Notes: a model not told the origin generated them from the letters alone. A stretch of 64,000 bases of DNA from Myxococcota bacterium (GCA_965247115.1 CBDFGR010000003.1:256001-320000), one strand, 5' to 3'. Shown: positions 10,249 through 21,197, counted from the first letter of the stretch. Program-made: numbers and translations.

Positions 10249-13200
10249 ATGCCCATCGAGAGCCTGCTCATCGCCAACCGGGGTGAGATTGCGATCCGCG
10301 TCGCCCGAGCCGCTGCCGATCTCGGCATCCGCAGCGTTGCGGTGTACGCTGAGGACGACGCCGAATCGCTGCACACCCGCGTTGCGGACGAGGCCGTCCT
10401 GCTCGGAGGCAAGGGCGTGCCCGCGTATCTGGACATCGACGCGATCGTCCGGGCCGCGCGGGACAGCGCCAGCGACGCTGTGCACCCGGGCTACGGATTC
10501 CTGGCCGAGAACGCGGAGCTGGCTCGCGCCTGCGCCGCGGCAGGAGTCACGTTCGTCGGCCCCAGTGTCGAGAATCTGGCCCTGTTCGGCAGCAAGAGCG
10601 AGGCACGTCTCGCCGCGCAAGACGCCGACGTCCCTGTCCTGCGCGGGACCGACGGCCCCACCTCGCTGGAGGAAGCAAGAGCGTTCATGGACTCGCTCGG
10701 GGACGCCCGCGCGATCATGATCAAAGCCATCGCCGGGGGCGGCGGGCGGGGTACCCGCGCCGTGACCGACGTCGATGCGCTGGAGAAGGCGTACCAGCGC
10801 TGCCAGTCTGAGGCCCAGCGCGCTTTTGGAAACGGCGACGTATACGTCGAGGAGTACATGCCGCGCGCGCGGCATATCGAGATCCAGATTGTCGGCGACG
10901 CGGACGGCGCCGTTGTCCACCTGGGCGAGCGCGAGTGTTCCGCGCAGCGCCGCTACCAGAAGATCGTCGAGGTCGCGCCCGCTCCCCATCTCCCCGGAGA
11001 CCTGCGCAACCGCATCACCAACGCTGCCGTCCGTCTCGCCACCCACGCCGGGTATGACAACCTGGGCACTTTCGAGTTTCTCGTCGACGCCGCGCAGATG
11101 GGCGAGGATGCTCCCTTTGCGTTCATCGAGACGAACGCCCGCTTGCAGGTCGAGCACACGGTCACCGAGGAGGTAACGGGGGTCGATCTCGTGCAGACGC
11201 AGCTGCGCATCGCCGGAGGCGAGTCGCTCGCCGACCTCGGCCTCAGCGACCCTGGAATCGCGGCACCCCGCGGCTACGCCATCCAGGTCCGCATCAACAT
11301 GGAGACGCTCACGCCAGAGGGCGATTTCCGGCCCTCTGGCGGCGTCCTCACCGCCTACGACCCCCCCAGCGGGCCTGGCATCCGCACCGATGGTTTTGGC
11401 TACACCGGCTACCGCACCAGCAGGAGCTTCGACTCCCTCCTCGCCAAGGTGATCGCGCATTCGCCGACGGCTGACTTCCAGCGCGCCGTCGACCGCTCCT
11501 ACCGCGCCCTGTCCGAGTTCCGAATCGAGGGCATCGATACGAACATCCCCTTCCTCCAGGCGCTCCTGCGCCACCCGGACTTCGGTTCCGGCGGCATCTA
11601 CACGCGCTTCATCGACGATCACGCCGAGGCTCTCGTTGCGGAGTCCACGGGACACCGGCAGCGCTTCGTCGAGACGCTACCGCCCGCCCCTGAGAAGCAG
11701 ACGGGACTCGCGGGCGCACGGGTCGACAGTCGGGACCCGATGGCGCTCTTCGAACACGACCGCGCTGTCAAAGAAACCCAGTCTGCCGCCGCCACGGAAG
11801 TGACGGCACCCGACCTCGCGGGACCTGATGGCAGCGTGGGTCTCTCCGCTCCGATCCAGGGCACGATTGTCAGCGTCCTCGCCGCCGAGGGAGACACAGT
11901 CTTCGAGGGCCAGCAGCTGATCGTGATGGAAGCGATGAAGATGGAGCACGTGATCACCGCCCCTCACTCCGGCATCGTCCGGCGCGTCTCTGTCTCTGAA
12001 GGCGACGTGATCCTCGAAGGGCACGCTCTCGTCTTCGTCGAGGAGGCGGACGTCGGCGAGGGCGGCGGGCGCGTAGAAGAAGTTGTCGACCCCGACTTCA
12101 TCCGCCCCGACCTGCAGGAGAACATCGACCGCCACGCTCACACTCTGGACGAGAACCGCCCGGAGGCCGTGGACAAGCACCGCAAGCGCGGCTTCCGCAT
12201 GCCGCGGGAGAACCTGGCCCAGCTCGTGGATCCGGGCTCCTTCCGGGAGTACTGGCCGCTGATCGTCGCGCGGCAGCACCAGCGCTACGACGCGGAGACG
12301 CTGCGCAAGAACACCCCCGCCGACGGCTTGATTGCGGGCACAGCCTCGATCAACGGCGAGCACTTCGACGAGGAGCGTTCGCGGGCCGTCGTGGTCTCTT
12401 ACGACTACACCGTCCTCGCCGGCACCCAGGGCGGCCGAAACCACTACAAGCAGGATCGGATGTTCGAGCTGGCAAATCGCTTTCGGATGCCGCTCGTCTT
12501 CTTCACGGAAGGCGGCGGCGGTCGTCCCGGCGACGACCGGATCGGGCCCGGTGTCGCCTTCGACACCTATACCTTCACACAGTTCTCGAAGCTCAGTGGG
12601 CTCGTCCCGCTGGTGGGCGTGAACAACGGCCGCTGCTTCGCCGGCAACACCGCCCTTCTGGCCTGCTGCGACGTGATCATCGCCACCGAGGCCTCCACCA
12701 TCGCCATGGGAGGTCCCGCGATGATCGAAGGCGGTGGTCTGGGCGTCTACACGCCGGAAGAGGTGGGGCCCATGTCCTTCCAGGTTCCGAACGGCGTGGT
12801 CGACATCCTCGTGAAAGACGAAGAGGAGGCCGTAGAGGTCGCCAGGAAGTATCTCTCCTACTTCCAGGGCCCGATCCGCGACTGGGAGGCACACGACCAG
12901 CGACCGCTACGCCACGTGGTCCCGGAGAACCGGCTGCGCCTGTACAACATGCGCGAGATCGTCGAGACGATCGCCGACAAGGACTCCGTCCTCGAAATCC
13001 GCGAGAAGTTCGGCGTCGGCGTGATCACCGCCTTCATCCGTGTGGAAGGCAGACCCATGGGGCTCATCGCCAACAACCCGTACCACCTGGCGGGCGCGAT
13101 CGACTCGGACGGTGCGGACAAGGGCGCGCGCTTCATTCAGCTCTGCGACGCATTCGACATCCCCGTGCTCAGCCTGATGGACTGCCCGGGCATGATGGTC

Positions 13201-13656
13201 GGGCCGGACGTGGAGAAAACGGCGCTCGTCCGGCACTGCGTGCGCATGTTCAACGCAGGCGCAAACCTGACCACGCCGCTCTTCGGCGTTGTTGTGCGCA
13301 AAGCCTACGGGCTCGGGGTTCAAGCGATGTGCGGCGCCAGCTCGCTCGTGGGGTTCTTCACCGTGGCCTGGCCCACCGCCGAGTTCGCCGGTATGAACAT
13401 CGAAGGAGAGGTAAAGCTCGGATACCGGAACGAGCTTGCCGCGATCGAGGATCCGGAGGAGCGCATCGCCGAATACGAGCGCCGGGTCACGCGGCGCTAC
13501 GAGAACGCCAAGGCCGTCAACGCCGCTGCCGGGGGCGGCCTCGACGATGTGATAGACCCCGCGGAGACACGCTCCTGGATCGCCACGAGCCTGCGCCGCC
13601 TGCCCCCCACGCCGCCGCGGACCGGCAAGAAGTACCCCTACATCGACACCTGGTAG
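10249..13656 (+). CDS. Single-chain acyl-CoA carboxylase (biotin carboxylase-BCCP-carboxyltransferase)
   Basis: LIANRGEIA, HPGYGFLAEN, RLQVEH, EAMKM biotin motif, CT motifs GGGRPGD and DCPGMMVG; ATG 10249 after GGAGGA. Confidence 0.95.
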   Translation: MPIESLLIANRGEIAIRVARAAADLGIRSVAVYAEDDAESLHTRVADEAVLLGGKGVPAYLDIDAIVRAARDSASDAVHPGYGFLAENAELARACAAAGVTFVGPSVENLALFGSKSEARLAAQDADVPVLRGTDGPTSLEEARAFMDSLGDARAIMIKAIAGGGGRGTRAVTDVDALEKAYQRCQSEAQRAFGNGDVYVEEYMPRARHIEIQIVGDADGAVVHLGERECSAQRRYQKIVEVAPAPHLPGDLRNRITNAAVRLATHAGYDNLGTFEFLVDAAQMGEDAPFAFIETNARLQVEHTVTEEVTGVDLVQTQLRIAGGESLADLGLSDPGIAAPRGYAIQVRINMETLTPEGDFRPSGGVLTAYDPPSGPGIRTDGFGYTGYRTSRSFDSLLAKVIAHSPTADFQRAVDRSYRALSEFRIEGIDTNIPFLQALLRHPDFGSGGIYTRFIDDHAEALVAESTGHRQRFVETLPPAPEKQTGLAGARVDSRDPMALFEHDRAVKETQSAAATEVTAPDLAGPDGSVGLSAPIQGTIVSVLAAEGDTVFEGQQLIVMEAMKMEHVITAPHSGIVRRVSVSEGDVILEGHALVFVEEADVGEGGGRVEEVVDPDFIRPDLQENIDRHAHTLDENRPEAVDKHRKRGFRMPRENLAQLVDPGSFREYWPLIVARQHQRYDAETLRKNTPADGLIAGTASINGEHFDEERSRAVVVSYDYTVLAGTQGGRNHYKQDRMFELANRFRMPLVFFTEGGGGRPGDDRIGPGVAFDTYTFTQFSKLSGLVPLVGVNNGRCFAGNTALLACCDVIIATEASTIAMGGPAMIEGGGLGVYTPEEVGPMSFQVPNGVVDILVKDEEEAVEVARKYLSYFQGPIRDWEAHDQRPLRHVVPENRLRLYNMREIVETIADKDSVLEIREKFGVGVITAFIRVEGRPMGLIANNPYHLAGAIDSDGADKGARFIQLCDAFDIPVLSLMDCPGMMVGPDVEKTALVRHCVRMFNAGANLTTPLFGVVVRKAYGLGVQAMCGASSLVGFFTVAWPTAEFAGMNIEGEVKLGYRNELAAIEDPEERIAEYERRVTRRYENAKAVNAAAGGGLDDVIDPAETRSWIATSLRRLPPTPPRTGKKYPYIDTW

Positions 13657-13681
13657 GGGTCCGCCTTCCCTCCGAGGCCAT

Positions 13682-14443
13682 TCAGTTCACCAGCAGGCGC
13701 TGCGCCTGGCCGACGTACCCGCGGTTCCACGTGGGTGAAATGGTGAGCTCGTTGATGCAGATGTGCGGGGGAAGCTCGGCCAGGAAGCGTACGAGCTCTC
13801 CACAGTCCTCCGCCTGCACCATCTGCGCCCGGTCCTTCTCACTCACCGGGATTGGCCGGTTGTCGAGAATCGGTGTGGCCACCTCACCGGGGCACACCGC
13901 GCAGGCCCGCACACCATGAACTCCCGCTTCCATATTGATGCTCTCGTTCATCGCGTTCATCGCGTGCTTGGCGGCGCAGTAGGCCGGGCCCGACACCATG
14001 GAGACCTGTCGGCCGGCCCACGAGGAGATGTTGACGATTAGCCCGTCCTGTTGCTCGATCATCTGAGGAAGCACGGCTCTGACGCAGTAGAAGGCGCCGT
14101 CCAGATTGATCCGAATCACGTTCTCCCAGTCGTCCGCCGACAGATTGTGCCAGTTGCGCTTCTTCACATTGATGCCAGCGCTGGAGACGAGCACGTCGAG
14201 CCGCCCGAACCGCTCGATGATCCGATCCGCGGCGGCATCCACCGCGTCGCGGTCAGCCACGTCCAGGGGTTCGAGGCTCGCACGATCGCCGATCTTGCCG
14301 GCCACCTCGTCCAGCTTCTGCTTGCGGCGGCCCGAGAGCGCCACGTGCATGCCTGCGTCTGCGAGCGCAACGGCCGCGGCCTCACCGATCCCCGTCCCGG
14401 CCCCCGTGACCCACGCCACCTTGTCGTTCAAATCCCGTAGCAT
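13682..14443 (-). CDS. Short-chain dehydrogenase/reductase
   Basis: TGAGTGIG, YCAAK. Confidence 0.93.
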   Translation of the reverse strand: MLRDLNDKVAWVTGAGTGIGEAAAVALADAGMHVALSGRRKQKLDEVAGKIGDRASLEPLDVADRDAVDAAADRIIERFGRLDVLVSSAGINVKKRNWHNLSADDWENVIRINLDGAFYCVRAVLPQMIEQQDGLIVNISSWAGRQVSMVSGPAYCAAKHAMNAMNESINMEAGVHGVRACAVCPGEVATPILDNRPIPVSEKDRAQMVQAEDCGELVRFLAELPPHICINELTISPTWNRGYVGQAQRLLVN

Positions 14444-14518
14444 TCCGTCCTGTTCCTCCCGCTCATGTCTCGAGTGGATCTAGACTACCAGGCAATCGCG
14501 GGAAACAAGGAGGGAGCG

Positions 14519-17500
14519 GTGGCGCTGCACAAACGGGTCCTGATCGCCAACCGGGGTGAGATCGCCATTCGGATCGCCAAGGCCGCGTCTGCACTCGGGA
14601 TGGAGTCGGTGGGCGTGTACGCGCCGGCCGACGCCTTGTCACTCCACACCCGGTTCACGACCGAGTCGTTTGAGATCAGCGCACGAGGAGCAGCGACCGA
14701 CCCCGTGCGCGCCTACCTGGATGCCGAGGCACTCATGCGCGTCGCCAAGGCAAGCGGCTGTGATTGTGTTCACCCGGGCTACGGCTTCCTGGCCGAGAAC
14801 GCCGCGTTTGCGGATCGGTGTGCCTCCGCAGGCCTCGTCTTCATCGGGCCGTCGCCCGCGACGCTCTCCCTGTTCGGCGACAAGCTCCGAGCGCGGGCGC
14901 TCGCGCAATCACTCGAGATCCCCGTCGTTCCCGGAAGTGTTGAAGCCCTGGCGTCTTCGAACGAAGCGTCGTCCAGCGCAGACGATCTCGGCTACCCCGT
15001 CATGTTGAAGGCGTCTTTCGGGGGCGGCGGCCGCGGCATGCGCGAGGTCGAGAACACCGAGCAGCTGAGCGAGGCGTTTGCTCGCTGCCGAAGCGAAGCG
15101 GAGGCCGCGTTCGGCGACGGCTCCGTCTTCGTCGAGAAGCTCATCGCTCGACCGCGTCACATCGAGGTGCAAGTCCTGGCGGACGCGCATGGAAGTGTGG
15201 TCCACCTCCACGAACGCGACTGCTCGGTGCAGCTCCGAAACCAGAAGGTTGTGGAGATCGCGCCTGCACCCGGCTTGGACTGCGCTCTTCGGGACCGGAT
15301 CCTTGCGGACGCGATCAAGCTCGTCGGGGCCGCCCGCTACGTCAATGCAGGAACCGTGGAGTTTCTGGTCTCTCCGGAGACCGGGAAACACTACTTCATC
15401 GAATGCAACCCGCGAATCCAGGTCGAGCACACCGTGACGGAGCAGGTGACGGGCATCGACCTGGTCGAGGCGCAGTTTCACGTCGCGTCCGGCGCATCCC
15501 TCGAGTCGCTGGGACTGGGCGACCAGGACGCTGTCGGTGACCCGCGTGGCTTTGCCGTGCAGGTCAGAGTCGTCGCACAGGGCACCGGCACGATTACCGG
15601 CTACAAGGAGCCCTCCGGCGCGGGAGTGCGGGTCGACGCGTGTGGCTACATGGGCTACAGCCCGCCGCCCCAGTTCGATCCGCTGCTCGCGAAGCTGATC
15701 GGTTCGTCCAGCTCCGCTTCATCCTTTGTCTCCGCGGTCGGCCGAACGCTCGCCGCGCTCGCCGAGTTTCACCTCGCCGGGCTGCCGACGAATCTGGCCC
15801 AGCTGCGTGCCATCCTCTCGCACCCGGGTTTCCGCGCCGGTGATGCGCGGACGTCGTTCCTCAGGGAGCAGCCGGAGATCCTGCGGACCGGGCTCTCCTC
15901 GTCCTCTGAAAGTGATGCCCTGGCCTTTTTCGAGCAGCAAGCGAGCAGCGTTGGTGTGAGCGCGCGCGCGGCTGCGCGTTCGTCGACCGGGTCTCCGCTT
16001 GCGCCGCTCGAGGTGGTAGACGGGCAGCAACGCGTGGAGTGCCCCATCGCAGGCTCCGTCATCGAGGTTCGCCTGCGAGCAGGTGACGCCGTCGCAGCGG
16101 GCGATCCACTTCTGATCATCAGCACCATGAAGATGGAGACGGCCGTCACGGCGACCTGCTCCGGCACCCTCACTGCCGTTCAGTCCCTCCGCGAAGGGGA
16201 CAACGTGGTGGCGGGGCAAGTGGTGGCGGTCATCACGCCCACCGAGGGCGATTCGCGAGGGCACACTCCGGCGCAGCCCCGCGAAGAGAGCTGGGCCGGA
16301 GTCCTCGAAGAGATCGCGACGCTCCAGAATCTGGCACACGCGAGGCTGGCGCCCGGCTCCGACGACCCCGGCGTCGTCCGACAGCGCCGTCGCGGCAAGC
16401 TCACTTGCCGAGAGCGGATCGCGCTACTACTGGACGAGGGCTCTTTCCGTGAAGTGGGCAGTGTCGCTGGCTTCGCCTCCTATGACGAAAACGGCACCGC
16501 CGTGGACTTCACGCCCGCCAACCACGTCGGGGGTTGGGGCAGGCTCGACGGTCGCACGGCGATCGTCTGCGCCGATGACTTCACGTCCCGCGGTGGGCAC
16601 GCGGACGGTGCCATCGGCGCGAAGAGCATGTACCTGGATCGCCTCTCGCTGGAGCTCCGGTCGCCAGCGGTGAGAATGCTGGACGGCTCGTCGGGCGGAG
16701 GCAGCGTGGCCGCCATGGTGCCGCAACAGAAGCAGGAAGGAGAGAGCGGCGCGAAGGAGAGCCGCGGGGCCATCAAGGCCGGTCGGCCGCGGGTCGCCGG
16801 TGGCGGCGGCTCATTCCTACCAGGGCATCTGGGCAGCGCCCAATACACAGAGCAGCTCTTCACAGTGCCAGTGGTGAACATGCTGCTCGGCAGTGTGGTG
16901 GGCATCGGTGCGGCGAAGGCCGTGCTCGGTCACTTCTCGGTCATGGTTCGCGACATCGCGCAGCTCTTCGTCGCCGGACCGCCCGTCGTGAGCCACGCGA
17001 TGGGGTACGACATTACCAAGGAAGACCTCGGCGGGTGGCACATCCACTGCAAGAACGGCTCGGTGGACAATCTCGCGGAGACGGAGGAAGAGGCGGCGGA
17101 GATGGCCAAGCGCTTCCTCTCGTACCTACCCTCGAGCGTCTACGAGCCGCCGCCGGTGCTGCCACCAGACCCGAGCGACCCACCCGACCGCCGCGCCGAG
17201 GAGCTCCTCAACCTGATCCCCAGAAAACGAACCACGACGTTCGACATGCGCCGCGCCATCCGCCTGATGGCCGACGCCGATTCGTTCTTCGAGCTCGGCC
17301 CGCTCTGGGGTACCGATCAGATCACCGGCTTCGTGCGCTTCAACGGCCACCCGCTCGGCGTCATCGCGTCGGACAGCAGACACGAGAATGGCGGCGCGCT
17401 CACAGCGGACGGCTGCGACAAGCTCACGCGCCACCTGGACCTGTGCGACCTCTTCCACGTGCCCATCCTCAACCTGATCGACAACCCCGGCTTTGCCGTC

Positions 17501-17950
17501 GGGCTGGAGCACGAGATCGCGGGGACCATTCGCAAGGGCGGCGAGTGGATGGTCGCCTTCGCGCAGGTTCGCGCACCCATCTTTTCGGTGCTCATGCGGC
17601 GGAGCTTCGGCGTGGCCGGCAACAACTTCGCCACGCCGCTCTCTCGGGCATCGATGCGCGTGACGTGGCCGGCGGCGGACGTCGGCGGCATCCCTCCGGA
17701 AGGGGGCATCGAGGCCGCCTACAAGCGCCAGCTGGCGGAGGCGGATGACCCCAAGGCGCTTCGGGCGGAGATCGAGGCGCGGATCGAGGGTGCACGTGGA
17801 CCCTTGGGGCCGCTCTCCAAGTTCCAGATCGAGGAGATGATCGACCCCAGAGATACGCGGCGCCTGATCTGTGAGTGGGTCGAGACGGCGTACAAGATCG
17901 TCTCGGAGCCCGCGGGACTCGTGCCCCGACCGCTGCAGTTTCGGCCGTAG
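14519..17950 (+). CDS. Second single-chain acyl-CoA carboxylase (BC-BCCP-CT)
   Basis: LIANRGEIA, HPGYGFLAEN, RIQVEH, STMKM biotin motif, FVAGPPVV, DNPGFAVG; GTG after AAGGAGG. Confidence 0.93.
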   Translation: MALHKRVLIANRGEIAIRIAKAASALGMESVGVYAPADALSLHTRFTTESFEISARGAATDPVRAYLDAEALMRVAKASGCDCVHPGYGFLAENAAFADRCASAGLVFIGPSPATLSLFGDKLRARALAQSLEIPVVPGSVEALASSNEASSSADDLGYPVMLKASFGGGGRGMREVENTEQLSEAFARCRSEAEAAFGDGSVFVEKLIARPRHIEVQVLADAHGSVVHLHERDCSVQLRNQKVVEIAPAPGLDCALRDRILADAIKLVGAARYVNAGTVEFLVSPETGKHYFIECNPRIQVEHTVTEQVTGIDLVEAQFHVASGASLESLGLGDQDAVGDPRGFAVQVRVVAQGTGTITGYKEPSGAGVRVDACGYMGYSPPPQFDPLLAKLIGSSSSASSFVSAVGRTLAALAEFHLAGLPTNLAQLRAILSHPGFRAGDARTSFLREQPEILRTGLSSSSESDALAFFEQQASSVGVSARAAARSSTGSPLAPLEVVDGQQRVECPIAGSVIEVRLRAGDAVAAGDPLLIISTMKMETAVTATCSGTLTAVQSLREGDNVVAGQVVAVITPTEGDSRGHTPAQPREESWAGVLEEIATLQNLAHARLAPGSDDPGVVRQRRRGKLTCRERIALLLDEGSFREVGSVAGFASYDENGTAVDFTPANHVGGWGRLDGRTAIVCADDFTSRGGHADGAIGAKSMYLDRLSLELRSPAVRMLDGSSGGGSVAAMVPQQKQEGESGAKESRGAIKAGRPRVAGGGGSFLPGHLGSAQYTEQLFTVPVVNMLLGSVVGIGAAKAVLGHFSVMVRDIAQLFVAGPPVVSHAMGYDITKEDLGGWHIHCKNGSVDNLAETEEEAAEMAKRFLSYLPSSVYEPPPVLPPDPSDPPDRRAEELLNLIPRKRTTTFDMRRAIRLMADADSFFELGPLWGTDQITGFVRFNGHPLGVIASDSRHENGGALTADGCDKLTRHLDLCDLFHVPILNLIDNPGFAVGLEHEIAGTIRKGGEWMVAFAQVRAPIFSVLMRRSFGVAGNNFATPLSRASMRVTWPAADVGGIPPEGGIEAAYKRQLAEADDPKALRAEIEARIEGARGPLGPLSKFQIEEMIDPRDTRRLICEWVETAYKIVSEPAGLVPRPLQFRP

Positions 17951-17955
17951 GCCCC

Positions 17956-19005
17956 ATGGCATCGGAGATGCGCAACGCTGCTCACGCGGCCGGAGCTCAG
18001 AGACGGATGTCCCCGTGGCCCCTTGAGCTCGCGAGCTGGCTCCCGCTGCCGAGCCTCACCGTGTCGCTCGGTGTAGGCGGCGTGACCCTGACGTGCTTCG
18101 TGGCTTCAGGCGCCTGGTTTCCTGAGGACTACTCGCCGCTGTGGAGCTCGTCTCGCCAGATCACAGGCATGGCGCTCACCTTCGTGCTGCTCCTGACCTA
18201 CCTGTCCGGCTTCTTTATCTACACGTCGTCGAAGACGCTTGCGTACGTGGAGGAGTTGCGTCCCTCGTTCGTCGGGGCCGAGGCGGATGCGCTGGTAGTC
18301 CGGCTGAACCAGTTGAGGCCGTCGCACTACTACCTCGCCACCGCGGCCGGGGTCGTCCTCGGCATCTTCAACATCGATTGGCGCGCATTTCGCGGCATCG
18401 GGAACCTGCCTCACTGGCCCATGGACCTCTGCCTCACGCTCGGGTCCATGCTGGTCTGGATCTTCGTCGCGCAGATCATCTACAGCCGTGCCCACAACGC
18501 CGTCCTGCTGTCACGCCTGGGACGCGAGCACGTAGTCATCGACCTGTATCGAATCGCCTCCTTGAAGCCCTTCGCGCGCATTGGGATCCTGGACGTGCTG
18601 CTCACCATGGGCGCTCTCGCGATCACCCCACTGCAAGCGCTGGATGCAGAGTTCCGACTCTTCAACTACTCGTTCGGCTTCTCGATCGGATTGCCTGCTG
18701 CCCTCTTCCTGCTGGTCAGCCCGATGTGGGGCATTCACCGACGGCTGCGAGACGAGAAGGCCCGTGAGGTCGCAGAGCTCGAGTCCAGCATTGCAACGGC
18801 GAGGCGCGGGCACGCTGCGGATGCGATCGTGCACCTAAACGCTCTCCTCGAGCGACGTGGGTACGTCCAGGCCCTGCACCCCTGGCCGATGGATCTGAGG
18901 AGCGTGTCGCGGGTGGGGTTCTATCTGGTCATTCCCCCACTCGCGTGGATCGGGGCGGCGCTGGTGGAGATGGCCGTTCAGGCATTCATCGGCGCGAACG
19001 TATAG
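17956..19005 (+). CDS. Multi-pass membrane protein of unknown function
   Basis: About 7 hydrophobic segments; directly follows the carboxylase; start uncertain. Confidence 0.75.
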   Translation: MASEMRNAAHAAGAQRRMSPWPLELASWLPLPSLTVSLGVGGVTLTCFVASGAWFPEDYSPLWSSSRQITGMALTFVLLLTYLSGFFIYTSSKTLAYVEELRPSFVGAEADALVVRLNQLRPSHYYLATAAGVVLGIFNIDWRAFRGIGNLPHWPMDLCLTLGSMLVWIFVAQIIYSRAHNAVLLSRLGREHVVIDLYRIASLKPFARIGILDVLLTMGALAITPLQALDAEFRLFNYSFGFSIGLPAALFLLVSPMWGIHRRLRDEKAREVAELESSIATARRGHAADAIVHLNALLERRGYVQALHPWPMDLRSVSRVGFYLVIPPLAWIGAALVEMAVQAFIGANV

Positions 19006-19024
19006 CTCGGTCCCTTGTGATCGC

Positions 19025-19960
19025 TCAGAAGATGGCGACGGGGTTCACGGGCGAGCCCGTACCGCGCTCGATCTGGAGCGGGGCCACGATCAGGAAAAAC
19101 TCCCAGCGCTCCCGTGTCGCACAGGCCGAGGCCAGCAGATCGAGCCGCAGGTTGTCCAGCAGATGCACCCCCATCGCAACCAGCGTGCACTGGTGAATCG
19201 GCATCGGCCAGCCCTCGGCATCGCCGTTCGGGATGGCGTCCGAGACCCCGTCACAGCCCAGCACCGCGATCCGCCGCTCGTGCAGCCAGGGCACGCAGCT
19301 GCCATCGAGGCCCGCCAGGCCATCCAGCGGAGGCCAGGTACCCATGGCTGCACGCCGGGCGTCGCGGCCCGTCCCCACGAGCAGGATGTCCCCCTCCTCC
19401 ACGCGCACGTTCTGGGCCCGTTCGGCGGCGTCGAGCTCTTCCGGGCGGATCCGCTCGCCGATCTCGAGCCACTCCACCCCGCGCAGTCGCGGGATGTCGA
19501 GCAGAACCCCGCGGCTCGCGATGCCGTCCTTTGCGGCGATGATGCTGTTTCGAAGCGCGCCGATGCTCTTCACGTCGCTGGCGTCGAAGCCGTTGTACAT
19601 CTTCTTGTTGACGAACACGTGGCAGAGCGCGTCGATGTGCGAGACCGCCATGCCGTGGAAGGCGACACCGATGTAGTCCATGGCCGCCTCCAGGCCCGGG
19701 ATCCCCGTACTCGTGCACGCATCTCCTGCCACGACCATCATGTGCTGCGCCGGGTTCGGGTTGTCGACCGCCGGCCGGGTCGGGAACGTGAGCGAGCAGC
19801 TCACGGACTCTCCGTCCTGGACGAGCGCCGCTCCCATCGCGCGCTTCTTCGGCGTGATGTAGTTCAGCGCCCCGCGCTCGTCGCTCGCACCCCACTTCCC
19901 CCAGTTCTTGACGTCTTCGAAGATCTTCTCGAAGTCGCTCACGCTCAGATTCTCAGCCAT
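19025..19960 (-). CDS. Cyclase family (kynurenine formamidase-like) metal hydrolase
   Basis: NWGKWG..DERGALN, HG..VSHIDALCH, RGVLLDIPR, GTGSPVNP. Confidence 0.9.
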   Translation of the reverse strand: MAENLSVSDFEKIFEDVKNWGKWGASDERGALNYITPKKRAMGAALVQDGESVSCSLTFPTRPAVDNPNPAQHMMVVAGDACTSTGIPGLEAAMDYIGVAFHGMAVSHIDALCHVFVNKKMYNGFDASDVKSIGALRNSIIAAKDGIASRGVLLDIPRLRGVEWLEIGERIRPEELDAAERAQNVRVEEGDILLVGTGRDARRAAMGTWPPLDGLAGLDGSCVPWLHERRIAVLGCDGVSDAIPNGDAEGWPMPIHQCTLVAMGVHLLDNLRLDLLASACATRERWEFFLIVAPLQIERGTGSPVNPVAIF

Positions 19961-20049
19961 GACTGTCTCCTTCGCGGGTTTCATGCGGTCCTTCTGCGGC
20001 TGCGCCACACCATCGTACAGCGCCCGCGCAGAGCGCGTACAATTTCAGC

Positions 20050-20421
20050 ATGGCACGGGCTCGGAACCCGCTCGACCGCTTGCGGAAGATCATCGGCGCT
20101 TGGCCGGAAACGGACGAACGCCTCTCGCACGGCGCACCCACCTTCTGGGGCGGCAAGAGGACGTTCGCAAGCTTTCACGTGGATCATCACGGAGACGGTC
20201 GTGTGGCCGTGTGGTGCAAGGCTCTGGCCGAGTTCCAGCAAGACCTCGTGGACACCGACCCCGAGATCTTCTTCGTTCCGCCATACGTCGGTCCCAGCGG
20301 GTGGGTGGGCATCCGCCTCGATCGCGATGTCGACTGGGAGCTAGTCGCCGAGGTGCTGGAGGAAGGCTATCGGCTCGTAGCTCCCAGGCGCGCTCTTGCG
20401 CAGCTGGACACCGAAGCGTGA
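20050..20421 (+). CDS. MmcQ/YjbR family protein
   Basis: SHGAPTF, DHHGDGRVAVWCK, FFVPPYVGPSGWVG. Confidence 0.88.
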   Translation: MARARNPLDRLRKIIGAWPETDERLSHGAPTFWGGKRTFASFHVDHHGDGRVAVWCKALAEFQQDLVDTDPEIFFVPPYVGPSGWVGIRLDRDVDWELVAEVLEEGYRLVAPRRALAQLDTEA

Positions 20422-20512
20422 CAACTCCTCCGGGGAAGTTCGTGTCGATCGCTGCACCAGTGCAGCTTGCGTATTGCATAGCAATCGGCGTGGCGGGTGG
20501 TACTTTCGCGCC

Positions 20513-20728
20513 ATGAAACGTCTACTCGTTCTCGCCGTGCCCCTGTTCGCCCTCTCGTGCAGCATCTCGCCGGTCGTTACGGATCGCGATAATTCGGATC
20601 CCCGTTTCGAGAGCTGCCGGAGCGCTGCTCGCGACTACTGCAAACACGCCCTGGACACGCCCGAGAGCCAGATGAAGGCATGCGTCGCGAGGAGCGCGTT
20701 CGAGTGCACCAGCGGAGGTGCATCCTAG
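20513..20728 (+). CDS. Small Cys-rich lipoprotein
   Basis: MKRLLVLAVPLFALSC lipobox plus four further Cys. Confidence 0.65.
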   Translation: MKRLLVLAVPLFALSCSISPVVTDRDNSDPRFESCRSAARDYCKHALDTPESQMKACVARSAFECTSGGAS

Positions 20729-20750
20729 CGGCGCTCTGGCGAGCGCCTCC

Positions 20751-21197
20751 TCACGTTTCGACCAGCTCCTGGAACAACGTCCGAGCCAGCTCCATGCGGC
20801 TGATGCCCTTTGGGGCAACCTTCATATCGAGGCGCGCACTCTCGAGATCGAAGTCCGCGTTGCGGAAGTCACTCGCGGACAGGCCGTTGGCCTCGAGGTA
20901 CTCGCGGAGCTCGTCATCCGACATATCGAAGCGCCTGGCCACCGCTGCGCGCTCCTGTCGGGCGTACCCTTCCCGTTCCGTGATCCCGAGCAGTGCGCAG
21001 AACACGCTGAACGGGCTCAGCTCGAGCAGCTCGGGCACGCTCTCGCCATGAGACCTGCCCTCGGGGGCAGCAGTCGAAGGGCGTGGGCTCCTGTCCCGCG
21101 GCGCGTCCCGTCTCGAACGAGAGCGGCCTCGCCTGCGCTGTCGTCTTGGTCCGTCCACTGGTCCTCTTGGACTTCGTCCGGGGGGAGGTCCTCTCAT
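20751..21197 (-). CDS. Hypothetical protein with Arg/Pro-rich N-terminus
   Basis: Protein-like globular C-terminal half; follows the glycosyltransferase; start uncertain. Confidence 0.6.
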   Translation of the reverse strand: MRGPPPGRSPRGPVDGPRRQRRRGRSRSRRDAPRDRSPRPSTAAPEGRSHGESVPELLELSPFSVFCALLGITEREGYARQERAAVARRFDMSDDELREYLEANGLSASDFRNADFDLESARLDMKVAPKGISRMELARTLFQELVET

